Source: Amphiscolops sp. MND2022
Taxonomy: Eukaryota
NCBI GenBank assembly: GCA_964187785.1
Contig: OZ076409.1
Coordinates: 5,396,001 to 5,460,000 of the forward strand
Direction: 5' to 3'
DNA length: 64,000 nt
Shown: one piece after another, positions 49,587-59,844 of the stretch
How the letters are laid out: each line of letters opens with the position of its first letter
Numbering within the stretch: position 1 is the stretch's first letter
Program-made: the position numbers and the translations under genes
The notes under the pieces: generated by a model
Database searches by the model: none
What the model saw: the letters and a program-made list of their open reading frames with translations, nothing else
What the model was told of the DNA's origin: nothing

Positions 49587-50613
49587 ATGTTTTTACCATT
49601 TAAATTTTATTTATAATTATTGCATTTATTATATATTGGTATTACGTTCGTCCTAAATGGTATTAAAAAATTTATAAAAAATTATTTAAATTTGATAGGT
49701 TCAAATACTCTCATCTGAAAAGCCAAAAAATTGAGAGCTCAGAAAATCAACAACTTGCTCCACCAATTGGAAATACTAACTCTCATTTTCTAATACTTGG
49801 AAGTAGTGGGTCGGGGAAGACATCTTTTTTAAAGCATTATTTAACACAGAAAAAATCAAACTTTGTAGTATTCGGACGAGATAGTACTGAGTTTCATGCT
49901 TCCAACTTTGTTCCTTTGTTACATTTAGAAAAATTAGGTATTGAATCACTTGCTAATGAAACGGTAATACTGGATAATGCAGGTGCATACAAGAGTCTCA
50001 AAATAAAAGTAGAAGACTTATTTCGGCTTGGTAGACATCATAACATCCAGGTATTTTATCTCGCTCACTATGCAAAGGATGTTCTCCCAGTTGTAAAAGA
50101 AAACTGCCTCAAGTTGTATTTAACAATTAACAACCCAGATAACTTTTTTGAGTCGATTGTGCAAACCTATTCAATCAAAGAATTAAAGTGGAGACAATAC
50201 CGTGATCGGTTAGAATTTGGTATGATTGAATTTGACACCCGTAGTCAGTAGTACAGAGTACTAAACCTCAAGTACAATTTAATTTATGAATCTAGTAAGC
50301 GCAACAAGTGGAGTCCCGAGGACTACGTTGCTTATGGAATGTTTTTTTTCACTGGTGATGTGTATCATAGATTAAAGGTGTTTTTAGAGGAGATGTCTGA
50401 CCAGACAATTGAAATAACACCATACAACGTAGCTTTTTATTATGTGGAGTATTGTAAACAAAATTAAATAAAAGTGAATGAATCCAAAATAGACAACTAC
50501 ACAGAGCGTATGCAACAACCACTGATTCCAGACAAAGTTAAAGAGGACTTTAAGAAAATTATATATGATCATACAATCAATTACAGCAAGACACAGGTAA
50601 ATTCGGAGAATTA
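49587..50613 (+). pseudogene. A32/FtsK-HerA-like packaging ATPase 1 (ends approximate, internal stops)
   Basis: Walker A GSSGSGKT (49799-49822) in frame with VILDNAG (Walker B) and LFRLGRHHNIQVFYLAH. Confidence 0.75.
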
Positions 50614-50923
50614 ATTCTTAGAGAAGTTTATAGAAGTTTAGAGATATTTAGAGATATTTAGAGATATTTAGAGGATATGAGTGATTCCTTAAAGAATTTG
50701 AGTGACTCTCTAAGACTCTTTAAGACTCTCTAAGATTCTTTCAACTCCTCTAAGAGCACACATATTCTCTAAGATGTATGCTCTTAGAGAAGTTGAGAGA
50801 AAATATTTCCTCTTAGAGTTTTTAGAGGAAATTGAGAGATTTCTTTGTGATTTTTTGCTTAGTGATTCTTAGAGGAGTTGAGATAAGATTAGTAAACAAT
50901 TTTGTAATTTTTTCACTAAATGA

Positions 50924-51960
50924 ATGAAGTGCTTAATTTGTAGGGAAAGTAGTGAAAAATCACTGTGTGATGATTGCAATAAAAAAAAGATGTGCGGATT
51001 GTAATGAGATGAAAATGGACTTCTATTCATATGAAAATTGTGAAATGTATAACGTTTGTAAAGAATGTTTCAACAAAAAGGTAAGGGGTGAATTTTGTAA
51101 TAAGAAATTAATTAAGAGTTATTTAAGGTCTCATATCAAGAAGCAGCATATACAACATAATATCCAGCATCATTATAATCAGCAGCACATACACCAGCAA
51201 CGGTATAATGGTAGTGGTATTGGTAGTGGTGTTTACAACGATAGTGCTTTACAATGATTCAATACTGCTTGCATTGGTGTTTCCGGAGGTCCTTCCGGAG
51301 GTCCTTCCGGAGTTGCTTGCAATAGCGAGCAGAATACCGATAGTGAGAATAATAGGACATTAATAGTTGGTCCATCATTTTGTGGTAAGACTCATTTGCT
51401 GTTGAATAAATTACGATTGAATCGTTTGAATGACTATGAGACAAATTCCCCATCGCCACAAATTCATATCATTACGAGGAGTCCGGAACAATACGAAGAT
51501 GTGAAACTAGAATTAGAACTAGGAGATGCTTTGCAAGACGTTTCAGTGGAAGAAAATTTGGAGGATTTGGAAATGTACCGGGGGTGTTGTGTAGTATTTG
51601 ATGATATGCTAGACTCCAATCAGAAATTAATAGATCCATTTTTTACTAGAGGAAAGACACAAAAACTTGGATATTTGTAATTTATCACAAAGTTACTTCA
51701 ATGTACCAAAAAAGACAATTAGAAACAATTCGAATGTAATAAGTTTGTTTCAACAAGCATTTGAAGATTTTGAACACATTTATAGAGATATAGCAGGTTT
51801 TGATATGTCTTATGACGAATTCAAACAACTGTGCAGAGAGGCATGGAAAAAAATACTGTTATTTTTTAATAAACAGGCTAGAAGATAAAAATAGGAGAAG
51901 GTACAAGATTTGCAATGAATCTAATTCAAATTACAAGATCTTTAATCCACATACTGAACC
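50924..51960 (+). pseudogene. Zinc-finger-fused A32-like packaging ATPase 2
   Basis: Cys/His-rich ORF 50952-51257 is in frame, across one TGA, with TLIVGPSFCGKT (51369-51392), VVFDDM, FFTRG and, after a frameshift, LSQSYFNVPKKTIRNNSN. Confidence 0.82.
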
Positions 51961-52493
51961 TTTTTGAAGTTGGGTGCATCAAATGTGCTTTGTAATGTGG
52001 AATTAAAATTGCTTTGCATATTTTGGTGTTGGGAGGGTGTAAAGCATTCATACTCTATTAGTTTATCTACATTTGCTATCATTTGTTCATTGAACAGAAA
52101 ACTGTCATTTCCTCCTACTTTTTCAAAATAAAGTAGTTTTAATTGATCAACTAATTCGTCTGGATCAGATGGGAGGAAGACGATGTGGCTCTGCGTGTAG
52201 CCCTGGAATCCGCTTCTCGCGTAGTTTTGCGTGTAGCTCTGCAATCCGCTTCCTAATTGAATGTCGTCGATAGTATTACCCCAATGGAATTGTTGATAGC
52301 GAGAGTACAACTCTTCAATAAAATAACATCTCGTTGATTTGTTATCCCCATAGTATATGTTATAATTCATATCATCTAAGAAACTATATATTGTGTCCAG
52401 GTTATTTATTTCTCTAGCAATTTGTGTATTAGTTATAAAATATTGAAGATCTAGGTCATTTAGATCGTACGAAATCTCATTCTGGAAAGTCAT
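51942..52493 (-). CDS. Polinton conserved protein (LPSDPDELVDQLKLL motif), copy 1
   Basis: 183-aa ORF with GSG motif followed by LPSDPDELVDQLKLL...GN...NE, a pattern I recall from Polinton-associated proteins; ATAAATG start. Confidence 0.6.
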   Translation of the reverse strand: MTFQNEISYDLNDLDLQYFITNTQIAREINNLDTIYSFLDDMNYNIYYGDNKSTRCYFIEELYSRYQQFHWGNTIDDIQLGSGLQSYTQNYARSGFQGYTQSHIVFLPSDPDELVDQLKLLYFEKVGGNDSFLFNEQMIANVDKLIEYECFTPSQHQNMQSNFNSTLQSTFDAPNFKKVQYVD

Positions 52494-53225
52494 TTATGAA
52501 CCATTGATTATTACAAATTGGGGGTTATGGAGGTTAATTGTGAATAAATTTGGATTGTTTTGTGTAATTGGTTCTAAACTAAATTGACGTTTGGTGTTAA
52601 GAAGGTTGGAAACTGCCTTTACAATACTGGAACCAACTTGGTTGGAATTAACAAGACTCGTAAGAAGTTGATTATTACGGTTTGTAATTTCATCATAATC
52701 TTGAATTCCCTGTTTATTAGATTTTTGCAGATTATCATACAAAGTGTTGCTACTTTCTTGAATAGCCAATGAAGAATCATGAAAAGCTTGTATTTGCTAT
52801 TCAGATAATTGTTTTTGGTTTTCAGTAGCTTCCACCTGCTTTGCAGTAACAGGTTTAAAAACTTCTTCCATATCGTAGTGGAAGTATTGCTTCCCTAGTT
52901 TCTTTTTTAATCTTTCTTTGTGTAGTAAAGAGTTTGTTTCTTGCACTTTTTCAAATTTTTCTAAGTCATCCCGAGAATGAATTGAATACATTTATTAAAT
53001 ATACTTAATGAATTTTCCCCAAATATAAACCCTTCCCTTGATCTTTAATCCACATACTGAACCTTTTTGAAGTTGGGTGCATCAAATGTGCTTTGTAATG
53101 TGGAATTAAAATTGCTTTGCATATTTTGGTGTTGGGAGGGTGTAAAGCATTCATACTCTATTAGTTTATCTACATTTGCTATCATTTGTTCATTGAACAG
53201 AAAACTGTCATTTCCCCCTACTTTT

Positions 53226-53600
53226 TCAAAATAAAGTAAGTAGTTTTAATTGATCAACTAATTCGTCTGGATCAGATGGGAGGCAGACGATGTGGCTCTG
53301 CGTGTAGCCCTGCAATCCGCTTCCCGCGTAGTTTTGCGTGTAGCTCTGCAATCCGCTTCCTAATTGAATGTCGTCGATAGTATTACCCCAATGGGATTGT
53401 TGATAGCGAGAGTACAACTCTTCAATAAAATAATATCTCGTTGATTTGTTATCCCCATAGTTTATGTTATAATTCATATCATCTAAGAAACTATAAATTG
53501 TGTCCAGGTTATTTATTTCTCTAGCAATTTGTGTATTAGTTATAAAATATTGAAGATCTAGGTCATTTAGATCGTATGAAAGCTCATTCTGGAAAGTCAT
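53226..53600 (-). pseudogene. Same conserved protein, copy 2, truncated by a 4-bp insertion
   Basis: Near identical to copy 1 until QLKLL, then frameshift at ~53237. Confidence 0.6.
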
Positions 53601-54119
53601 TTATGAACCTTTGATTAATACAGGTTGGGGGTTATGGAGGTTAATTGTGAATAAATTTGGATTGTTTTGTGTAATTGGTTCTAAACTAAATTGACGTTTG
53701 GTGTTAAGAAGGTTGGGAACTGCCTTTACAATACTGGAATCAACTTGGTTGGAATTAACCAGACTCGTAAGAAGTTGATTATTACGGTTTGTAATTTCAT
53801 CATAATCTTGAATTCCCTGTTTATTAGATTTTTGCAGATTATCATACAAAGTGTTGCTACTTTCTTGAATAGCCAATGAAGAATCATGAAAAGCTTGTAT
53901 TTGCTTTAAAGATAATTGTTTTTGGTTTTCAGTAGTTTCCACCTGCTTTGCGGTGGCTTCCGCCTGCCTTGCAGTAACAGGTTTAAAAACTTCTTCCATA
54001 TCGTAGTGGAAGTCTTGCTTCCCTAGTTTCTTTTTTAATCTTTCTTTGTGTAGTGAAGAGTTTGTTTCTTGCACTTTTTCAAATTTTACAGAGTCATCCC
54101 GATTATGAATTGAATACAT
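53601..54119 (-). CDS. Polinton hypothetical coiled-coil protein; copy at 52494-52991 is broken by a stop
   Basis: 172-aa ORF with EEVFKPVT motif, ATAAATG start, duplicated. Confidence 0.55.
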   Translation of the reverse strand: MYSIHNRDDSVKFEKVQETNSSLHKERLKKKLGKQDFHYDMEEVFKPVTARQAEATAKQVETTENQKQLSLKQIQAFHDSSLAIQESSNTLYDNLQKSNKQGIQDYDEITNRNNQLLTSLVNSNQVDSSIVKAVPNLLNTKRQFSLEPITQNNPNLFTINLHNPQPVLIKGS

Positions 54120-54133
54120 TTATTAAATATATT

Positions 54134-54560
54134 TAATGAATTTTCCCCAAATATAAGCGCTTCCCTTGATGTACAAGTTTTACAATATCAGGAGCAGATG
54201 CAGCAGTAAGGTTTGGATTTTAACTTGCTGCTGCAGTTTCAATATTTGCTGCTATTTCCAATGCGCGGGCTGGATTATTGAGTATTTTCTTTCCAACGTT
54301 CTTGGCGGCAGCTTTCGCAGCTTTTCCCACACCTCGGAAATGGTCGCCCAATCCTTACCCTTTTATTGTTTGATCAGATACTAAAAGGGAGTTATTTCTT
54401 TCACACGTAGTACAAGTACCACGTAATGATTTTACGGGTAATCATGTTTTTTTATTTTTAGTACTATCTCCACGAATATTTGTGGTAGCGGAATAATGTT
54501 TTCCATCAACACCATATGAAATATTTTTAAATTTACCGAAAGTGCTTTGCTTATTGTAGC
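54134..54560 (-). pseudogene. Small virion-type protein: CxxC region plus basic amphipathic helix (pVI-like candidate)
   Basis: Single frame with three stops: ...RGTCTTC...IKG*GLGDHFRGVGKAAKAAAKNVGKKILNNPARALEIAAN... Confidence 0.5.
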
Positions 54561-55064
54561 TCAGTTATAAGGAAAAAAATTCATTATATTTTTAAGAATC
54601 AAATCTTGATAATTTGAATTGTGAATGTTAATGTCTCCCCGTTGAAATAAACTCTGTTGTCTGTTGTGGTTGGAGTCTGCTAGGAAAAATTGGATGGTGT
54701 CCAGTCGTGTTTTGTTTCTTTTTTTATACAAAACAGTGGTTGGTTCTTTTATAATTTTATATCCGGGATGTGCGCTTAAATTAAATGAAGATAAACTTCG
54801 TTCTCGAAAACCATAAACAATTGAACCATCTACGCAGTCGCACTTCAGGTGAACTTTGTCGGTGGTTGTTATTATGACTGGTTTCTCTGACGTGTGAATT
54901 CCGGGTGGGTAATCTTTAAGTGTAAAACCCAAAAGAAAGTTAAGTCTGGAATTAAAGTGAATATGGTGTGAGGTTGTTAAAACTGATTTCATTGATATTG
55001 TGTTGGGATATATATAGACTTTGAAATCATTATCACTTTCATCAATTTTTTTGTTTAAAGGCAT
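54561..55064 (-). pseudogene. Minor capsid protein (penton-like single jelly-roll), partial
   Basis: LLGF...SEKPV.I...VHLKCDCVDGSIVYG...FNLSAHPGYKIIKEP...Y...IQFFLAD pattern characteristic of Polinton minor capsid. Confidence 0.75.
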
Positions 55065-55148
55065 TATTTATATCAACTAGTTCATAAGCTCCTGGTGTTA
55101 GTTGTATTTCAAAGAAATCGTTTTCAATAATCTCAAAGCTTGGTATGT

Positions 55149-55641
55149 TTAGAGTTGGTGGCATATCTCGCCCTGACTTGGTGGGAGAGATGAAATTTTA
55201 GACTGTTGTTTTGGCGGTTTATTATATTGTTTGAAAGTTTCTATTATTTTAATTAATTGGTAGTACAAACTTAGTACTGCATTTTTGAAGCCAATTATGT
55301 TCGTGAGATACAACACATACAAAGAATTCGCTGCACAATAACTATCAATTTTCTGAATTTGACATTCTGAATAGAAACCATTTTTTGTTCGTTTCATTAT
55401 GTTTACTGGAGGTGGACAGCCATAAGAATCAAAATCAAATTCGTTAACAAACATAATCCAATGTTCCTTTAGTTGGGTGTAAATTTACAATTCCAAAATC
55501 TGTTGTAAACTTATCAACTCTCATGTATATTCCACACGGGATATTTATTTCATTAAGTATTTCTTTTATTTTTACATTAGAAGTTGCTTTATTTTTTAGT
55601 CTGTATTTTTCAACAAATTCTTTGAATGATGAATAATTCAT
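55149..55641 (-). pseudogene. Adenain-like cysteine protease (frameshifted)
   Basis: GIVNL...GT, then HWIM across a frameshift at ~55463, FDSYGCPPP, IQKIDSYCA (His, Asp, Gln, Cys residues). Confidence 0.8.
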
Positions 55642-55909
55642 TTATTAGTTGTTTTTCATTGTGGAGCACGTACGTTAGTAGTGAACGTCAAATGGTTTGG
55701 GGGGGAGAATATAGTCTTTCAACCTAAGACATTCCGCGCTAGTTTCTATAATACGCTATCGCAACTGAAACATATGGTGCACAGTCAAAAGAAAAATTTC
55801 AACTCAAAACTACTTACTATTCACCGTTAATTCCATAAACTGCTTCAAAAATATAAAAAGTAAACCAAACCCACAAAACCAAAAATTGATGATTTTCTTC
55901 GTCTTTTCT

Positions 55910-56232
55910 CCTGATCCGCGAAGTTTCGCGCGCAGCTCCGCAGGAATATTTGTACGCCCAGGAATATCCAGGAATAACAGGAATATTTGCAGGAATACCC
56001 GGGATTAATTGTATGTGAGGAAATAATCGTGTTGGAGTATTTATTGCATACAAGCACTGAAAAAAAGGAAAATTGGAATTCGTATTTTTCATTTTTATTT
56101 ATTGCATACAAGCACTGAAAAAGAAAGAAAAATTGGAATTCGTATTTTTATTTATGCGTTGTGTTTTGCGTTGCGCAAATTTGCGTATTGGTTATTTTTG
56201 CAGAACTTCGCGCGAAGCTTCGCGAACACTTG
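55910..56232. repeat. Structured non-coding end of the Polinton: inverted GC-rich arms around a ~56-bp direct repeat
   Basis: CGCGAAGTTTCGCGCGCAG (55917) versus CTTCGCGCGAAGCTTCGCG (56206); TTATTGCATACAAGCACTGAAAAA...AAAATTGGAATTCGTATTTTT twice. Confidence 0.6.
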
Positions 56233-58343
56233 TGTCACCACTTGGATGCACATGGTCTGGCTTTGTGAAAAAACGCTAATTTCAATGGTTTGCTTAACTT
56301 GAATTTTTTTGTTGCTTGGCCTATAACAGCATTTCTCCTACTATTTTCGGCTCTATGCGACTTACCAGAACATTCGAAAAAAAGGCTTCGAAAAAAATTT
56401 TGAGTGCTTGACACTTTGAAGGCTTTTTTCTATTTTTGAGCATTAGATACGGCGCTGACTTGGGCCGTTCCCGGCTTGTTAAGAAAAAAAGAGGGAAAAC
56501 ATTGACTTTCGAAAGCTTGTTTTCTTCAAACAAACCAAATAATCATAAAAGAACCAATGATGAAGAAATCATTTCAAAGATTGACTGAATAATAAAGTTG
56601 TGTCAAAACAAAAGAAGAGCAATCTTACAATTCCGTATTTACAGTCGACAGTATAACTTATAGCTACGAGGAGATCTCCAAAATAAAACGGATTCGTGGT
56701 GTTTTAATCGGTCTTTCCCGTAAGATTGAAAAGACCTGACAATTGCAATGATTTTTTCAAGACCAGTGAACTGAAGATTTCTATAGGCTTTTCTATAGGT
56801 TGTAAGTTCGGATTGCCACTTGGCCTAAAGATTGACCCACTTTTTCTGATGTCTGGGAAGCAAGATTAAGAGTGGGTTCGATTTTCACGCAAAGCCAAAA
56901 TTTTCATTTGCTTGCAAGGGTATTGGGGAGACCAATTAGTTTTCCTTTCGGTTCTTTTTGGCGTTTTGCGACATTTTTCTGAAGTTTTCCAAGCAGAACA
57001 CCCCCTCTGATTTTTAGCAAAGAGAGTTTTGCGAGCAGAGAGGACCACTTCAGGATTTTTCCGCCGAACGCGACTTTGGATTTTCCTACTTTTGGCCGGT
57101 TGTTTTTCATAACCTTCGAATCCCTTTTGCTTTTTGGGAAAAAAATCTGAGTCTTTATAAGAAGACTGCCGTAGTATTAACCCCATTTATGATGGACGTC
57201 AACTGTGGGCCTTGTGAGTGAAAGCTTATCATTTTTTTGCTTTTGTAGCAATTTCTACAATCTTCAAATTATACACTCCGAATTAAACTGTTTCGGACAT
57301 AAGAGAAGAAGTTTGTGGCACACCATGAAATATTTCAGCAGGTGTAACCCAAAATGATCTCTACAAGGATGATTGAAGAATTTCATACAAGACCATATTA
57401 CCATGGATACTGAATGAATAGATGAATTGTTTATAATATGACTTGAGTTTGATTCATTTCTCAATTAATAACCTCGTTAGAGATTTTCTCCTGAGTGTCA
57501 GAGAATGAGGACAGCGAATTTTTTCACAATCAATGAAAATTACGAAACACAAAAAGGATATAGCAAAACGAAAATTTGTCTTTATCAACAATCTATTGGA
57601 CTATCTGGGGCCAGTTGTTATTTGTGTCAAAATAGTTTGTTTTTCGAACCACCGGTGAAAAAGTGAATGGAAAAAAGTTAAAATTTGCAACAAAATACTT
57701 TTCAGAAGCAGCTTTTTTTTCAATATCAGAGCAACTGTTTGCTAAGTTACAGTCAGACTCTAGTAACACAGTTTGCCACTGAAAACGCAGATGGAAGTTT
57801 TTTCAAAGTCGCTTCAGCTAAGAGTTCGATCGGCATTTGAAAAGCACGGCGAAGCTGGGCCCGCACCACCGGGGTGGCGCTCTCACCCAACAAATGACAC
57901 CAATTTCCAGGTTAACTAGTGTGCATTTAAAGGCTTAGTTGAAGAGTTTTCAGGAGCAGAAAACTGATTTAAGCTGTGGATATTATTCGTAGAGAAATTA
58001 AGCATTAAGAAATTGTTGCCAGTTTTGTGTCAATTGTTTGACTTCTCTGTGTGCTGACGAGGATAAGTTTACAGCACAATTATTGATTCGTTTGATACAA
58101 AGCAAAGCTTAGAATGTTCGTTGATGAAATAATTTACAACTGCTCGGTGGATGGGATTTTGAAAATAGTGATGCGATAAATTAATGCAAGAACCCAATCA
58201 CTCTACAATTCGCTTTGTTTGAGAATTCATTGCCTGGTATACGTTTTTATGTAATATATACAGTAACTTGTATCAAAAAGCTACACATTAAGGTACTTTA
58301 ATGAAGCTATTAATCTAATACCCAATTCCCCAAATGGTAGTAT

Positions 58344-59567
58344 TGTAAGGACTCTCTCCCTCAGGTTCCATAAGTTTTCGGCAAGAGCGAGAGTTTCCGC
58401 TAAAGAAATGGTTTCCATCCACGTTGCGTTCATCATTCTCCGCATTATGAGGCTTCTGGACATTGAAGGGACACATTCCAACTGTCTGTTCAGTATCGTT
58501 TCAACAACCCTTGCACTTGCGTAATTATCTTTTCAGATATCGCTGAGCTTATGGCATCCTCTATCTGGGCGTTCATCCCACTTAATAGGCTATTCCTCTC
58601 CTGAGAGGTGCTTTAATTTATTTCACCAGACAACATGTCTAAATCTTTTGTTAGATTTGGATTAGGTCTATTTTCAGGCATGTTTCTAATTTCATTTTCT
58701 TGAGATAAATCACTTCTCATTGAAATACTTTCTCCATTTTCATCCCTGTTAAGTATACCTGAAAACCCTGTCATTTGATCAATGTATCTTTCTATTTCAT
58801 TGTACTCACCACTACCAAGCATGACATCCAAATTCTTTATGTCTGACATTATTTCAGCTTCTCTAGACTTCCTGGCTTTTTCTTTCTTGCTCTATGTCGA
58901 AGACATTTTTTGGAATAAAATTTAGTAACTCGTAACTTGACTCATTAGATTCAATGAATTCCAAGTGTTCAAGAGTGACAACAATGCCTGTTACTTCATT
59001 CCACAAAACTTGTTGTGTCCCCTCCTTTGGGGAATCTTGTGTATATACCCTAAGCTGCATGACTTTCAGTTTTAGGTCAATCATAAGATTAAAAAAAGCA
59101 CTGCTTCATGGTAGTCATGCTATGCTGCCTTCGAAGGATTCATTTTGACACTTTCCTATGAATAGTAATGCACTATGTGTTTAGAAGGTCATCAAAAAAT
59201 AGTACCTTTAATACTCTAATGACAGTGACTTGACAATTAGGTGAATTTCATGAATACATGTATCACTAGGCGTACTGCATACAAGAACATGAGAGACATG
59301 TCTATCAATGTCTTAAGAACACGTAGTAAGACACTATCTTCGTTTTGATTCAACTGTTGATACATGTAATTTACATTCCAATTACATGTGTGTTAGTACA
59401 GTTACATGTGTGTTAGTACAAAAAGTTACATGACTTGTTAATGGTACAGAAGTTTACAGTTTGTAGAATTTTCGCAGAGTACTCAGAGAAGCGGCAAGTT
59501 GGAAGGTGTAGAATTTGTTAATATCGCACTCCGTAAACGTTATCATCACAGGCTGCCGCCCGTGACA
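58344..59567 (-). repeat. Putative 3' LTR (~1.22 kb)
   Basis: Right edge GTGACA at the position homologous to 26973; left edge TGTAAG tentative because the partner LTR is outside the window. Confidence 0.55.
58345..58906 (-). pseudogene. Gag N-terminal segment inside the LTR
   Basis: MSST*SKKEKARKSREAEIMSDIKNLDVMLG...LDMLSGEIN aligns with MPTTRKQKKTRKSRGVEIISDIENVDMMLG...INRLSSELN. Confidence 0.72.
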
Positions 59568-59844
59568 AACCCCGAGGAATTAGGACGTAGGGCCCAGCAT
59601 GCATGCCCTCAATGAACGCTCTTCTTCTCGCCTCCTTGACGTAGTAGGGCTCACCTGGGTAATCTGTGTTGTGAATGAAGTCGATCACTATTTCGCCTGC
59701 TATTTGCTCATATAGCTTCCCACATATCATACAGTTCGTGAAGTACCCCTGGGTTGCGCCATTAAGCATTTGAGAGGGTTGTCCAGCAGGCAAATGCACC
59801 TGCATTGGTGTGGAAGGGGGCTGACAGGGTCCGGACTGACTCAC
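59518..59844 (-). CDS. Small accessory protein with CxxC, crossing the 3' LTR boundary
   Basis: CMICGK...GEPYYV...AFIEGMHAG...LSRAAAC; homolog at 26927-27112. Confidence 0.6.
   Translation of the reverse strand: MSQSGPCQPPSTPMQVHLPAGQPSQMLNGATQGYFTNCMICGKLYEQIAGEIVIDFIHNTDYPGEPYYVKEARRRAFIEGMHAGPYVLIPRGLSRAAACDDNVYGVRY

Larger units (their letters stand above)
51937..54168 (-). repeat. Tandem duplication of a ~1.1-kb two-ORF unit (51937-53039 and 53040-54168)
   Basis: Both start GATCTTTAATCCACATACTGAACC; ORF pairs MYSIH.RDD... and MTFQNE... are near identical. Confidence 0.92.
46236..56300. mobile_element. Decayed Polinton/Maverick (adintovirus-like) endogenous virus; left end lost in gap, right end approximate
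   Basis: Clustered remnants of protein-primed PolB, double-jelly-roll capsid, rve integrase, A32-like ATPases, penton-like protein and adenain-like protease. Confidence 0.92.

Noticed and set aside
55809..55820. ACTACTTACT as the Polinton terminus
   Set aside because: Imperfect match, structured sequence continues beyond it, and no partner end or TSD is available.
59285..59303. p53-like response element in the LTR (AGACATGTCT)
   Set aside because: Only one good half site; the neighbour is mismatched and mis-spaced.
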